Source: Candidatus Poribacteria bacterium (GTDB taxonomy: Bacteria; Poribacteria; WGA-4E; JAJDTR01). From it: 64,000 nucleotides of DNA. A program made the translations under genes and the position numbers. A model generated the notes under the pieces. That model worked only from the letters and a program-made list of their open reading frames with translations. It did not search any database and was not told the origin of the DNA. Positions 52,029 to 63,555 of the stretch are shown here, piece after piece; the stretch's first letter is position 1; each line of letters starts with the position of its first letter. The stretch lies in the NCBI GenBank assembly GCA_965222225.1, contig CBDCTK010000002.1, forward strand, positions 3,648,001 to 3,712,000. Reading direction: 5' to 3'.

Positions 52029-55022
52029 ATGAACCAAAACCAACTCGACATCCCAATCCAACCCGTTGAGCGCCCCATCCTGTGCAGCCCCTACGAAGAA
52101 CCGAGCGCCCACTGGGTCTACGCCACCAAAACCGGTGAAGCCAGTCAGAATCCCGGACGGCGCGAAGCCGGTTACTGGTACAAAACTGAGCGCACGGGAA
52201 CCGAGCAACTTCAAATGCGTTTCGTTCAAGAAGAGGAGCGGGACGACCTGCCTCTGGTGAATGCGTTACGCGCCGATATCAAGAGGTGGCGTGAATCGAA
52301 TTACCGGAACGCCACCAATGTGACGCGCGAACTGCTAAACCATTGGACGCGCGAGGATAAAGAACGGCGACTGTTTTTCTGCCAGCTTGAAGCCGTTGAG
52401 ACGGTTATCTGGCTCGCCGAAATTCGCCGCGCAGGCAAACGTACTGGTTTCAATCCCCAATTCACCGATGAAAATCTCAACGAGTTGGTTGACGCACCTG
52501 AATTAACAGACCTCCCTGAGTTAATCCGTTACGGGTGCAAAATGGCGACCGGCAGCGGCAAGACGGTTGTGATGGCGATGTTGATTGCGTGGGCGTTCTG
52601 CAACCGCGGCAAAGTGCCCTCCGACGACCGCTTCCCGAAAGCCGCGCTGGTCGTCTGCCCCAACCTGACAATCAAAGAACGCCTTCAGGTGCTGCGCCCC
52701 GAATTGTCGGACAACTACTACGATGCGTTTGAACTTATCCCGACAAAACTCCGCCCGCTGCTCAACAGCGGGAAAGTGCTGGTAACCAACTGGCACCAAT
52801 TCGCTCTGGAATCCCCACAGGCAGAGGGCGGCTCCACCTACTCCGTCGTGAACAAAGGCGAGGAGACGCCCGACGCTTTTGCGAAACGCGTGTTGGGCGA
52901 ACTCCATGAACGCGCGCCAATCATGGTGCTGAACGATGAGGGGCACCACGCATACCGACCCGCGCCTATCGATGAAAAAGAAAAACTTTCCCGCACCGAG
53001 AAGTCCGAACGCCAAGATGCCACTGTTTGGATTTCCGGCTTGGACCGGATGAACGCCGCCTGCGGTGTCCGTTTCTGCGTCGATCTCTCCGCCACGCCGT
53101 TCTACATTCACGCCAGCGGGCACCCGGAGGGTACCCCCTTCCCTTGGCTCGTTAGCGATTTCGGATTGGTGGACGCCATCGAGAGCGGCATCACCAAGAT
53201 TCCGCGATTGCCCGTAAGCGACACCACCGGGCGTCCCGAGCCAAAATACTTCCGTCTCTGGCGCGCGGTTAACGACCAAATCCTGCCGGGCGATCGATTG
53301 CCGGGCAAGGGGAAGAAACCCAAACCGGAAGCCGTCTATCGTGAAGCCCAAGACGCGCTCAACACCCTCGCCAGCCAGTGGGTGGAACGCTTTGAATACA
53401 TCGAACAGGCATCCGACGCCAAAGACAAAACGCCGCCCGTCATGATTATCGTCTGCGACAATACCAACATTGCGGAACTGTTTTTCCGAAAAATCTCCGG
53501 CGAAGACGAGGTGGAGAATGTCGAAGAAAATGGGGGAAACCGGGGGCGCAGAAGGCGAAAGGACACCAGAACAGTCTACGGACAGGGAGCCGTGTTTTCC
53601 GATCTGCTATCCAACGACAAAGACCTGCTGCGAACGCTGCGAATTGACAGCAAGATGTTGGCTGACGCGGAAAGCGAGGACCCGGGGAAGAACAGAGCTC
53701 AGGCGGCGGAAGACCTGCGCCAGATTGTCGCCACCATCGGCAAGCCCGGCAAGCCTGGCGAGCAGGTGCGATGCGTCGTGTCCGTGGCGATGTTGAACGA
53801 GGGTTGGGACGCCAACAACGTCACACACATCCTCGGGCTGCGTGCCTTCACGAGCCAGCTCCCCTGCGAACAGGTGGTTGGCAGAGGTTTGCGGCGCATG
53901 AACTACACTCCCGACCCCGAGACGGGATTGCTGACCGAGGAGTACGTTGATGTGTACGGCATCCCGTTTTCCGTCATCCCGTTCAAGGGAAGAACGCCGG
54001 GCCGTTCTGAACCCGATCAGCCAAAGAATCATGTTCGCGCAATGCCGGAGCGGGAGCGTTTTGAGATACGCTTCCCCGTCGTCGAGGGATACGCCTTTGC
54101 CCTAAGAAAGAACGAAATCAAGGCGGATATTAAAGCCATGGAACTGCTCTTCGTTGAACCTGAGCGAACGCCAATCGCCGTATTCGTCAAACCAGCCGTC
54201 GGCTACGACACCGGCAATCCCTCCGCCTTGGGTCCCGGTCAATTCGAAGAGCAAAACCGCCAAGAATATTACAACACAACGCACATTCAAGCCATCAAGT
54301 TCGAGATTGCGCGGCGAATTGTACTGAATTTGGTCGGCGGGGGCAATCTCCAACCCGATAGCAGTAGTAATCCCAAGCTGCGGTTGCAATCTCGACACCG
54401 TCTATTCCCCCAAGTGTACAGGCTGGTTGACGCTTACGTCGGAACAAAAGTCGACTTCCACGGGTGTAACCCGTGTGAGATTGGCCACGAGAAGTACACT
54501 ACTCGTATCGTGGAGCGCCTGATGGCGGCTATCCAGCCAAACGAAGTGGAAGGAGAAACCCCGCTGCTGCCCATCCTGAATCGGTACAAACCCATCGTAA
54601 CATCGCGGGAAGTGGATTTCATGACCACCCGCCCGTGCCACGGCACCGAGCGCAGCCAGATTAACCAAGTCGTTCTGGATACCGAGACGTGGGAGAGTTC
54701 AGCCTGCTTCCGGCTGGAGCGGTCTGATGTTGTAGATTACTATGTCCGCAACGACCATCTTGGCCTTGGCATTCCGTATGAGTACACCGACATCTCCCAC
54801 AGCTACGAGCCAGACTTCATCGTCCGACTCAAGAACAATGTCAACCTAATCGTGGAGATAAAGGGCAACGAAACCGAACAAGACCGCGCCAAACATGAAG
54901 GCGCAAGACGATGGGTGTCCGCCGTCAACAACTGGAACGAACTCGGACAGTAGGGTTTCCATGTATGCCGCGACCCGCAGCTACTGGAGCGCGAGTTAGC
55001 CTACATCGTTCCTCAAAACTAA
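52029..55022 (+). CDS. type III restriction subunit (Res), with a premature TAG at 54951-54953
   Basis: MATGSGKT, DEGHH, QVVGRGLR and YEPDFIV..VEIKG motifs; frame continues GFHVCRDPQ... to TAA at 55022. Confidence 0.9.
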
Positions 55023-55393
55023 CCCCTCTTCGGTAGGAGCGATCAACCGAGCGGATAGTTGTTGTAGGGTGGGCACTGCCCACCAGCCTTTGGTTTCGTA
55101 GGGTGCGACAGGAATTCATCAAATCGCCAATTTCCCCTTCTTATCTTCAAGGTGTGTCCCAGCCATCAACAAAGACATGAAAAAGTCTCTATACCGAATG
55201 ACCAATAACGACTTCGCTACCGATTACTCAAACCGACTCCCATTTCCCGTCCGATTTTAGTTACAATTGGCGAAGGAAATGGTATAATTTAGAAAATCGC
55301 ATCAATTCCGATTCATCAAGCGCTTGGACATGTGCGCACCACCGCTAATTCGCCGAATCAGAAGCCTTAGTATTCAACATAGGAGACTAGCAA

Positions 55394-57016
55394 ATGGATC
55401 AAACGAATCACGACGCACCTGCCGAAACAAGTGGCGGTCACAAAATCCTCATTGGTATCATTATCGCCATTATTTTCGGAACGATCGTCGGTGGCTGGCT
55501 GCCGGGCGTCGCCGTAAAGACTTCAATTCTCGGCGAAATCTTCCTCAATTCGCTGAAGATGATTGTCGTCCCGCTCGTCATGCTCTCAATGATCGTTGGC
55601 ATCACCGGCTTGGGCGATATACGGAACCTAGGTCCCATTGGCGGACGTACCGTTCTCTACTATATGGCGACAACAGGGATTTCGGTGTTGATTGGCATTA
55701 TCTTGGTCAATGTCATTCAACCGGGAAAAGGCATTTCGCACGGCGAAGAACGCCCCGAGTTGGCGTATACCCTCAGCGGCGATGGGGACCGCACCGTCAA
55801 TCTGACAAACGGCACATGGAAAAGGACACGATACAGCGAAAAATACATGCTGATGTTGTCGGATCAGCAGGTTGAGGGCGAGATAGAATCCCTCTCCGAG
55901 GAGTCGGCGACGGTGAAATCCTGGAAAAACAAGGTGGAAGGCGTATTCCACATCGCAACCGATAGCGGCGAGCATCTGCCATTCCGCCGCGTGAACGGAG
56001 AGGTAGTTTCTGCCGAGCCTGAACTTTTACAGAATGGAACAGGGCTTGAGGTCAAGTTGCCCGTCGCCCAGAAACTTCGTGGTAAAGAGAAACGGGATAT
56101 GGGTGGCACGTTGAAGGAGGTGCTGCTCGGAGACAAATCGACCGGAAAAGAGGGTATGATTCCACGCAATGTCTTCAATGCGATGGTGCGAATGGATATC
56201 TTGCCCCTGATATTCTTCTCGCTACTGATTGGCGCCACGCTTTCAGTTCTCGGCGAGCGGGGGCGACCCGCCATATCAGTTATTTCCGGCTTGAATGATG
56301 CCGTAATGCAACTGGTGCACTGGATTATGGTTCTCGCCCCGGTCGGCATCTTTGGACTGATAGCCGGACGTATTGGTGACGCTGGGGGATTCAAAAGCTT
56401 TTTGCCGGAACTGATGGCAGTCGGGAAATACAGTTTCACCGTCGTGTTTGGACTTGGGGTGCATGGCATTATTGTATTGCCGCTTATCCTCCTGCTGATT
56501 GCCCGCAGAAATCCGGTGAAGTACCTAAAGGGCATGAGTACTGCGCTACTGAACGCTTTTTCGACAGCTTCCTCCTCCGCCACGCTTCCGCTATCAATGA
56601 GGGCGGTCCAAAAGGAAAATGGGGTTTCTAACCGCACGGCGAGTTTTGTCCTGCCGCTCGGCGCTACAATCAACATGGACGGCACCGCCCTCTACGAAGC
56701 CATTGCGGCGATGTTCATCGCGCAGGTCTACGGGATCGAGCTCGGCCCAGCCCAACAGACTGTTATCTTTCTGACAGCCACCCTAGCAGCGATTGGCGCG
56801 GCGGGAATTCCGGAAGCCGGGCTTGTCACTATGGTCATCGTCCTTAGAGCCGTTGACCTGCCGATTGAAGGTATCGGGCTTATTCTGACGATTGATTGGT
56901 TGCTTGACCGATTCCGAACAACTGTTAATGTCTGGGGCGACAGCGTCGGAGCCGGTGTTATCGAAACGCTCGAAAACCGCAGTACCTCGGAACATGCGGA
57001 TCAAGCGAATGGATAA
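55394..57016 (+). CDS. dicarboxylate/amino acid:cation symporter (DAACS)
   Basis: FSTASSSATLP, GATINMDGTALY and DRFRTTVNV motifs. Confidence 0.95.
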   Translation: MDQTNHDAPAETSGGHKILIGIIIAIIFGTIVGGWLPGVAVKTSILGEIFLNSLKMIVVPLVMLSMIVGITGLGDIRNLGPIGGRTVLYYMATTGISVLIGIILVNVIQPGKGISHGEERPELAYTLSGDGDRTVNLTNGTWKRTRYSEKYMLMLSDQQVEGEIESLSEESATVKSWKNKVEGVFHIATDSGEHLPFRRVNGEVVSAEPELLQNGTGLEVKLPVAQKLRGKEKRDMGGTLKEVLLGDKSTGKEGMIPRNVFNAMVRMDILPLIFFSLLIGATLSVLGERGRPAISVISGLNDAVMQLVHWIMVLAPVGIFGLIAGRIGDAGGFKSFLPELMAVGKYSFTVVFGLGVHGIIVLPLILLLIARRNPVKYLKGMSTALLNAFSTASSSATLPLSMRAVQKENGVSNRTASFVLPLGATINMDGTALYEAIAAMFIAQVYGIELGPAQQTVIFLTATLAAIGAAGIPEAGLVTMVIVLRAVDLPIEGIGLILTIDWLLDRFRTTVNVWGDSVGAGVIETLENRSTSEHADQANG

Positions 57017-57104
57017 TGACCGATCAACTGAGTGGTCAACGAAGGCGATAGTAAAGCTCGATAGAAGTCCCATAGTGGCCGCGATCGAGTTCCTATAGAG
57101 ATCC
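57000..57104 (+). repeat. nest of 3 or more 36-nt elements overlapping the symporter stop
   Basis: Outer ATCAAGCGAATGGATAATGACCG...ATAGAGATCC; inner copy starts at 57023. Confidence 0.85.
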
Positions 57105-57270
57105 TTTTTTCTTGAAAACTCGGTTTCTTCCCAATGTCAAGCGCTCATTGACCACTAACCAGCGCGACCACCGCTTTTGGTCTATTCCCTAACTATTCAA
57201 TGCTTACGGGACTTGTGCCTTTATCGGCTGCGTCGTGCGGCGGTGCCACACTAGCCACTGGCCACTGCTT

Positions 57271-58305
57271 CTAGCGATTCGGTTGGATTAGCACCTTGGC
57301 CGATGATTTCGCTGCCTCAATCGCCAGCGTCGCGTCCTCAAGTGGAAAGACCTCCGAAACCAACGATTTCACAGGTAAACTCTCCCTCGTCAGGAGTCCG
57401 ATTGCCTTTGCGAATGGCCCGCAACGGGACGTTTGAATCCGCACCTCATCAACGACCAACTTGGTAGCGTCAATGCCCGTTGCGGGCAAGCCGCAGGTGG
57501 TCTTCAGCGCAATGGTGCCGCGCGGGCGCACGATTTCTGTGGCGAGACGGAGACCTTCCGGGTTGCCGGTCGTGTCAACCACGACATCGCCGCCAATGCC
57601 TTCAGTCCACTCGCGCACGGCTTCGATCCATTTTGGTTGATTGGCGTTGATAGCCTCAACCGCCCCCCAAGCCAGCGCACGCTTGAGTTTGTCCGGCGAA
57701 CGAGAAACGGCGCACACCCGCGCTTCTTTGAGGGCGGCAACCGTACAAATTAGCAATCCCAATCTGCCGACGCCAAGAACGACAACTTGGCTTGATGGGG
57801 AAATCGGCGTCAACTCGAATGTCTGAATGGCTGCGGCAAGCGGTTCAATGAAAACACCCTCCTCCCAAGAGACTCTATCGGGGAGTGGGTGGAGGTTCAG
57901 AATCGGCACCCGCAGGTATTCAGCGTATGCTCCATCATAGTTGATGATACCCACGACGGTGCGTTCCATACAGTGATTGGACAGTCCGCGTCGACACGCC
58001 GCGCAGAACACCTCACGATTATAAGCACGGCAGGTATTGTTGATTTCCGCGGCAACCCGTTTCCCAATCCAAGGATGGCTGTTTTCGGATCCAACTTCCA
58101 CAACTTCGCCAACTAGCTCGTGACCGAGCACCAGCGGCAGAGGTACCGCATAATCCCCGGAGAATAGCGCGATGTCGGTGCCGCACACGCCGACGCACTC
58201 CACGCGAACGATTGCCTCGCTCGGTTGCAAAGATGGAAATCGGCGCGTGACAACTTCAAATTTTCGGATGGCTGTGAGTGCGGCGGCGCGGTGATTTGGA
58301 ATCAT
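57271..58305 (-). CDS. zinc-dependent MDR alcohol dehydrogenase
   Basis: GVCGTD, GHE, structural-zinc Cys cluster and GVGRLG; ATG at 58305 preferred. Confidence 0.9.
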   Translation of the reverse strand: MIPNHRAAALTAIRKFEVVTRRFPSLQPSEAIVRVECVGVCGTDIALFSGDYAVPLPLVLGHELVGEVVEVGSENSHPWIGKRVAAEINNTCRAYNREVFCAACRRGLSNHCMERTVVGIINYDGAYAEYLRVPILNLHPLPDRVSWEEGVFIEPLAAAIQTFELTPISPSSQVVVLGVGRLGLLICTVAALKEARVCAVSRSPDKLKRALAWGAVEAINANQPKWIEAVREWTEGIGGDVVVDTTGNPEGLRLATEIVRPRGTIALKTTCGLPATGIDATKLVVDEVRIQTSRCGPFAKAIGLLTRESLPVKSLVSEVFPLEDATLAIEAAKSSAKVLIQPNR

Positions 58306-58537
58306 ATTGGTTTGTGATTTTTTGCGGGAAGGAATGCTACCATTGTAACTTGGGAGTCGCGAGGTGTCAACCTCGATCAGTGCTGCGCCTCCGGTTTCAA
58401 TCCTTTGTCGCACGCATCTCAAAAACAATGAACCGGAACACGTCAATCGGGTGTCCAAGTCACCGAAAGAAATCGCTAATTCATGCTGCTGTTGAAACCA
58501 TTTTTGTATGGCAGGCGTTATTTGTGTACAGATAGCC

Positions 58538-58567
58538 TTGACGAATCATCAACGGCTAATGTATAAT
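58538..58567 (+). promoter_or_regulatory. sigma70-like promoter upstream of rho
   Basis: TTGACG-18 bp-TATAAT. Confidence 0.55.
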
Positions 58568-59358
58568 TGCGATATTGACATTCCCACCCGCAATTATCCA
58601 CAGCGAGGATTACTTCGTCAGACGGATCGCAAGCCCCAAGGTTGAACCGGGAACAAATCATGGTGATTCAAAGCAGATTGTGAAGATTTGTCCCTCCGCT
58701 GCCTAAGCCCATCCAAGGTTGATGCTTTCAATCGGATTAGACGGAGTCTTTGAGATAACGCTGTGTGAATAGTGTATAATTGTCACAGCACTCAAACATT
58801 ATTCCTAGAAGAGCCGAGAACCCCCGCCTTGAAGTGAAGGAATTGTTATCCCCTTCTATTTCTGATGTGAGATCTCGTCTATTGCGTTAAATCGTCTGGT
58901 AATGTGTGAAACCAGAGTCCAACCAACCACGAACCCCAAGGTACTTCAGGGAACGCGGCTTTCCTTAAGTCAAACTCGATCAAGTGAAGTCATCCACCGA
59001 GGGCATATAAATAATTGATTCATCATATCCATTAGAGCTGCGCCGAAAGGTATCTTTACCTAGTCAGGAGATTCTAAATAGTTTCGCTGGGTGACGGTAA
59101 CCTTGTCCGCGGCGTTAAAGCTACCTACACAATGAGGTTAAACTTTCCAAGGAAACCCCTCCATTTCTCAACCGAAGGCACCCCAAAGTGAATAGCTGTT
59201 TCTACCTCCAATTCGGTGAGCTTCCCCTGAGTCTGTGTCTTGTCGGTATAAAACCATCCATAGATTGAATACAGAACGGATTGCATCTTCATGAATGAAT
59301 CCTGTATTCGCTGAGTAATCTATGAAAGTCTAGTGTTAAACGAGGAGTAACGAAGATT

Positions 59359-60678
59359 ATGGAGAATTTGGACATCGGTAAACTCCAAGAAATGAGAATC
59401 TCCGAACTGAATACTATGGCCCGGAAACTCGGGATCACAGGCTACAGCGGACTTCGCAAACAGGAGTTGATTACCCGAATTCTTGAAGCCAAAGCAGAGA
59501 ACACCGACGCGTTATCCGGATCAGGTGTGCTCGAGATTTTACATGACCGGGATCAGGGATACGGTTTCCTTAGATCGTCCCGCTACAATTACTTGCAAAG
59601 TAATGATGACATCTATGTATCTCCTTCACAGATTCGTCGGTTCGATCTTCGCACCGGCCATGAGGTCGCGGGGAAGATTCGCCCGCCCAAGAAGAGCGAG
59701 AACAAAGAGGAACGTTACTTTGCTCTGCTGCAGATTGAAACCGTCAACCAAGAAAATCCCGATATAGCCAAGGAGAGGATTCTCTTTGACAATCTTACTC
59801 CGGTCTATCCCTTTGAGCGATTGCAACTAGAACACGATCCCTCCGAGTTTTCTACCCGCATTGTCGATCTGATGTCACCCATAGGCAAAGGACAACGTGG
59901 GTTGATTGTCGCGCCACCCTACAGCGGCAAGACAACAATCTTAAAAAATATCGCACGAGGAATCGAGGCGAACCATCCGGAAATCAAGCTAATTTTTCTC
60001 TTGATTGATGAACGTCCGGAAGAGGTGACCGATGTCGCCAGATCTGTCAACGGAGAGGTAATCAGTTCGACGTTTGACGAGCATCCGGAACGACATATCC
60101 AAGTCGCCGATATGGTAATCGAGAAGGCGCGGCGCTGGGTGGAATACGGCAAAGACGTAGTCATACTCTTAGATAGTATGACGCGGCTGGCGCGCGCGCA
60201 CAATGTTATGGCACCGCACAGTGGCAAGACATTGTCGGGCGGTTTGGATGCGCTCGCTTTCGTCAAACCACGGCGCTTCTGTGGCGCCGCCCGGAAAATC
60301 GAAGAAGGCGGCAGCTTGACAATTATGGCAACAGTATTGATTGATACGGAAAGTCGCGCCGATGAACATATTTACGAGGAGTTCAAAGGCACCGCGAACA
60401 TGGAAATCCATCTTGAACGCTCACTTCTGGATCGACGCATCTTCCCCTCCATCAATATCGAGAAATCGAAAACGAGGCGCGAAGAACTGCTGCTCAAACC
60501 GGAAGCACTCAGCAAAGTATGGGTGTTGCGAAAATTCATGGGCCAGATGAACACCGCGGAATCAATGGAGCTTTTGGTTGAACAACTGGGCAAAACCGAA
60601 TCAAACGAAGAATTCATTGAAATGATGGTAAACAACAATAGGAGCAAAAATGGATCGTCGCGCGGTGCGCGATTCTAA
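59359..60678 (+). CDS. rho: transcription termination factor Rho
   Basis: GYGFLR, DIYVSPSQIRRF, GKGQRGLIVAPP.SGKT and EEFKGT motifs. Confidence 0.98.
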   Translation: MENLDIGKLQEMRISELNTMARKLGITGYSGLRKQELITRILEAKAENTDALSGSGVLEILHDRDQGYGFLRSSRYNYLQSNDDIYVSPSQIRRFDLRTGHEVAGKIRPPKKSENKEERYFALLQIETVNQENPDIAKERILFDNLTPVYPFERLQLEHDPSEFSTRIVDLMSPIGKGQRGLIVAPPYSGKTTILKNIARGIEANHPEIKLIFLLIDERPEEVTDVARSVNGEVISSTFDEHPERHIQVADMVIEKARRWVEYGKDVVILLDSMTRLARAHNVMAPHSGKTLSGGLDALAFVKPRRFCGAARKIEEGGSLTIMATVLIDTESRADEHIYEEFKGTANMEIHLERSLLDRRIFPSINIEKSKTRREELLLKPEALSKVWVLRKFMGQMNTAESMELLVEQLGKTESNEEFIEMMVNNNRSKNGSSRGARF

Positions 60679-60736
60679 TGCTATTCCAGAATTGCTGATT
60701 TTTACACTTTAATGTTTCAGACGTGGAGGACATATC

Positions 60737-60949
60737 ATGAAACCGAATATCCATCCGGAGAACATGGATTGTGTGATTACCTGTGCATGTGGTGCAACCT
60801 TCAAAACGACTACCACAAAGTCTCGAATTGGAATTGACGTTTGCGCCAAGTGCCACCCGTTTTTCACCGGGGAGCAGAGTCGCGTTGTTGATACTGCGGG
60901 ACGCGTGGAAAGTTTCCGCCGGCGCTACGGTCTCACGGCGAAAGAGTGA
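60737..60949 (+). CDS. rpmE: 50S ribosomal protein L31 (zinc-binding type)
   Basis: IHP, CACG and [10 protein letters not shown] motifs. Confidence 0.97.
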   Translation: MKPNIHPENMDCVITCACGATFKTTTTKSRIGIDVCAKCHPFFTGEQSRVVDTAGRVESFRRRYGLTAKE

Positions 60950-61098
60950 GGTGGCCCGCGCAGCCAAAAGTGGAATTCGCCATGTCGCATCGGAGGCCAA
61001 GATGCCATGGCGCCCGGAAAGCGCACAGGTGTTTCGAACCAATCAACTGATGGAAGGGCGATGAATCGCGAGGCGAAAAGCCGAGGTACGGGTTAAAG

Positions 61099-62169
61099 AT
61101 GTTTGACAAATTGATAGATATTGAAGCCAAATACGTTGAGGTCGAGAAATCGTTGTCCGATCTAACGCAGATATCCAATCCGCAAAGGTTGCAGAGCCTC
61201 GCGAAGATGCATGCGGAACTCGCCCCAATCGTTTCGACATTCAAAGAATACCAAAAAGTGATAGCGGAAGCGGATGAGGTTCTATCTCTGCTTGAAGAAG
61301 AGATAGAAGAAGACCTTGTTGAATTGGCTAAGGGAGAGTTCGAATCACTGACGGAGCAGAAGGAGCAACTGGAAAAACAACTTCAGTTGATTTTGCTTCC
61401 TAAAGACTCGAACGACGAAAAGAACGTCATCACCGAGATTCGTGCCGGCACTGGGGGTGAAGAGGCGAGCCTATTTGCGGCTGAACTCTTCCGAATGTAT
61501 TCGAGATATGCCGAGCGTCAGGGTTGGAAAATTGAAATTCTCAGTGCAAACGAAACGGGGCTCAAGGGTTTCAAGGAAGTCATCTTTTCTTTACAAGGCG
61601 ATCGCGCCTATAGCAAACTGAAATTTGAAGGCGGGATTCACCGCGTGCAGAGGGTTCCCGCAACGGAAGGCAGCGGCAGGATTCACACGTCAGCCGTTAG
61701 CGTTGCCGTACTGCCCGAGGCGGAAGAGGTCGATCTCGTCATTGAACCGTCGGATATTCGCATCGACCTGTATCGCTCTTCGGGTCCCGGCGGTCAGAGC
61801 GTCAATACGACCGACTCGGCGGTGCGGATTACCCATCTGTCGACAGATCTTGTCGTCACCTGCCAAGATGAAAAATCGCAGCATAAGAACCGAGCGAAGG
61901 CGATGAAAATACTTCGCTCTCGTCTGTTGGAGCAGATGCAACTTGAGCAAGACGCCGAACGATCCCAAACCCGCCGAACAATGGTCGGCAGCGGTGACCG
62001 AAGCGAGAAGATTCGCACCTACAATTTCCCGCAAACCCGTGTCACGGATCATCGAATCGGATTAACCATTCATCAACTTGACGCCGTTCTAGATGGAGCA
62101 CTTGACCCCCTCATCGGCGCTCTGACGACCGCCGACCAGACGGAAAAGCTAAAGACACTGCAGCCGTGA
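61099..62169 (+). CDS. prfA: peptide chain release factor 1
   Basis: VQRVPATE (PxT), GPGGQ and IRTYNFPQ motifs. Confidence 0.97.
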   Translation: MFDKLIDIEAKYVEVEKSLSDLTQISNPQRLQSLAKMHAELAPIVSTFKEYQKVIAEADEVLSLLEEEIEEDLVELAKGEFESLTEQKEQLEKQLQLILLPKDSNDEKNVITEIRAGTGGEEASLFAAELFRMYSRYAERQGWKIEILSANETGLKGFKEVIFSLQGDRAYSKLKFEGGIHRVQRVPATEGSGRIHTSAVSVAVLPEAEEVDLVIEPSDIRIDLYRSSGPGGQSVNTTDSAVRITHLSTDLVVTCQDEKSQHKNRAKAMKILRSRLLEQMQLEQDAERSQTRRTMVGSGDRSEKIRTYNFPQTRVTDHRIGLTIHQLDAVLDGALDPLIGALTTADQTEKLKTLQP

Positions 62170-63026
62170 AAACCTGGCGCGTCATAGATCTCATCCAGTG
62201 GACAACCGAATACTTTAAGCGTTACGACATCTCCACCTCTCGCCTGGATGCCGAGTTGCTGCTCAGTCATATTTTGGAAACAAGCCGATTGCAACTCTAT
62301 TTGCGGTTCGAGATGCCGGTTTTGCCTGAACACCTCGCGGCATTCCGAAAACTCATCAAGAAACGAGCCGCTCATTCCCCCGTTAGCTACCTTACAAGCC
62401 GAAAAGAGTTCCTCTCTCTTGATTTTTACGTGGACTCCCGGGTATTAATCCCTCGCCCGGAGACGGAGGTATTGGTCGAAAATGTTCTACAAGCCCAAGA
62501 AGCACCGTGTCAGCTAATTGACATCGGTACGGGCAGTGGCGCAATCGCCATTAGCCTCGCGGTCAACCGTCCCGAGTGGGAAGTATTAGCCACGGATATA
62601 TCGGTTGATGCCCTTGAAGTCGCGCAAAGAAACGCGGTCGCGCATAAATGCGCTGATCGACTCACCTTCCTGCAAGGCAATCTGTTTGAACCTTTAGAGG
62701 GGTTGCCGAATCCCCGATTCGATTGGATAGTTTCTAACCCGCCCTATGTAAGCACGGTCGAATACTCTTCCCTGCCGCCAGATGTGCGCGACCACGAACC
62801 GGAGACTGCACTTCTTGCGGGCACCGATGGGCTTGATGTCACTACCGCCGTTCTAGAAGGCGCTCCCCAATTCCTCAAGCCGGGTGGACGGGTCGGACTC
62901 GAAATCGGTCACAATCATAGCCAAGATGTCCAAGGCATAGTCCAATCCAACTCGGCGTATAGCGGATGTCAAGTCATCAAAGACTATTCCGGCGTTGAGC
63001 GCGTCATTATTGCCACCGTGGAGTGA
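62166..63026 (+). CDS. prmC: release factor glutamine methyltransferase
   Basis: [15 protein letters not shown] and SNPPY motifs. Confidence 0.96.
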   Translation: MKTWRVIDLIQWTTEYFKRYDISTSRLDAELLLSHILETSRLQLYLRFEMPVLPEHLAAFRKLIKKRAAHSPVSYLTSRKEFLSLDFYVDSRVLIPRPETEVLVENVLQAQEAPCQLIDIGTGSGAIAISLAVNRPEWEVLATDISVDALEVAQRNAVAHKCADRLTFLQGNLFEPLEGLPNPRFDWIVSNPPYVSTVEYSSLPPDVRDHEPETALLAGTDGLDVTTAVLEGAPQFLKPGGRVGLEIGHNHSQDVQGIVQSNSAYSGCQVIKDYSGVERVIIATVE

Positions 63027-63064
63027 ACTCGTCTCAAACCCGCCAAAGCATCCAGGTACAGACC

Positions 63065-63541
63065 ATGAAGAGAGTGTTGATAAGTGCGTGCCTGTTAGGT
63101 GTGAAGTGCCGTCACAACGGACGCGATAGCAAGAGCGAAGAGGTGATGGGAAGGTTTGGAGGGGATGAACTCGTTCCGGTCTGTCCCGAACAACTCGGCG
63201 GATTGTCAACCCCACGCCCTCCCGCAGAGATCGTCGGTGGCGATGGAGCGGATGTTCTAGATGGATCCGCCTCCGTAATTACCGTTGATGGCGAGGACAA
63301 GACGAGCGAATTTCTAGGCGGCGCATATCAAACGCTTGAAATAGCCAAATCACATAACGCCATGCACGCCGTTCTCAAATCGAAAAGCCCATCCTGCGGC
63401 TGTGGTCAAATCTACGATGGAACCTTTACCCGCAAACTCGGCAATGGTGATGGGGTGACGGCAGCGCTGCTCCGCAGACACGGTATCCACGTCATGAGCG
63501 AAGCGGATATCGAAACTAATGACTCGTCACAAGATTCCTGA
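63065..63541 (+). CDS. DUF523 / 2-thiouracil desulfurase family protein
   Basis: ISACLLG, CPEQLGGL.TPR and KSPSCG motifs. Confidence 0.9.
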   Translation: MKRVLISACLLGVKCRHNGRDSKSEEVMGRFGGDELVPVCPEQLGGLSTPRPPAEIVGGDGADVLDGSASVITVDGEDKTSEFLGGAYQTLEIAKSHNAMHAVLKSKSPSCGCGQIYDGTFTRKLGNGDGVTAALLRRHGIHVMSEADIETNDSSQDS

Positions 63542-63555
63542 GCGCGTAGGTTGGG

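Noticed and set aside
54951-54953. Pyrrolysine or programmed readthrough of the res TAG
   Set aside because: No pyl genes are in view, and TAG is an ordinary stop in other genes; a TGG>TAG mutation is simpler.
58594-58602. oriC call
   Set aside because: Only one perfect DnaA box, no clear unwinding element and no dnaA/dnaN nearby; kept only as a possibility.
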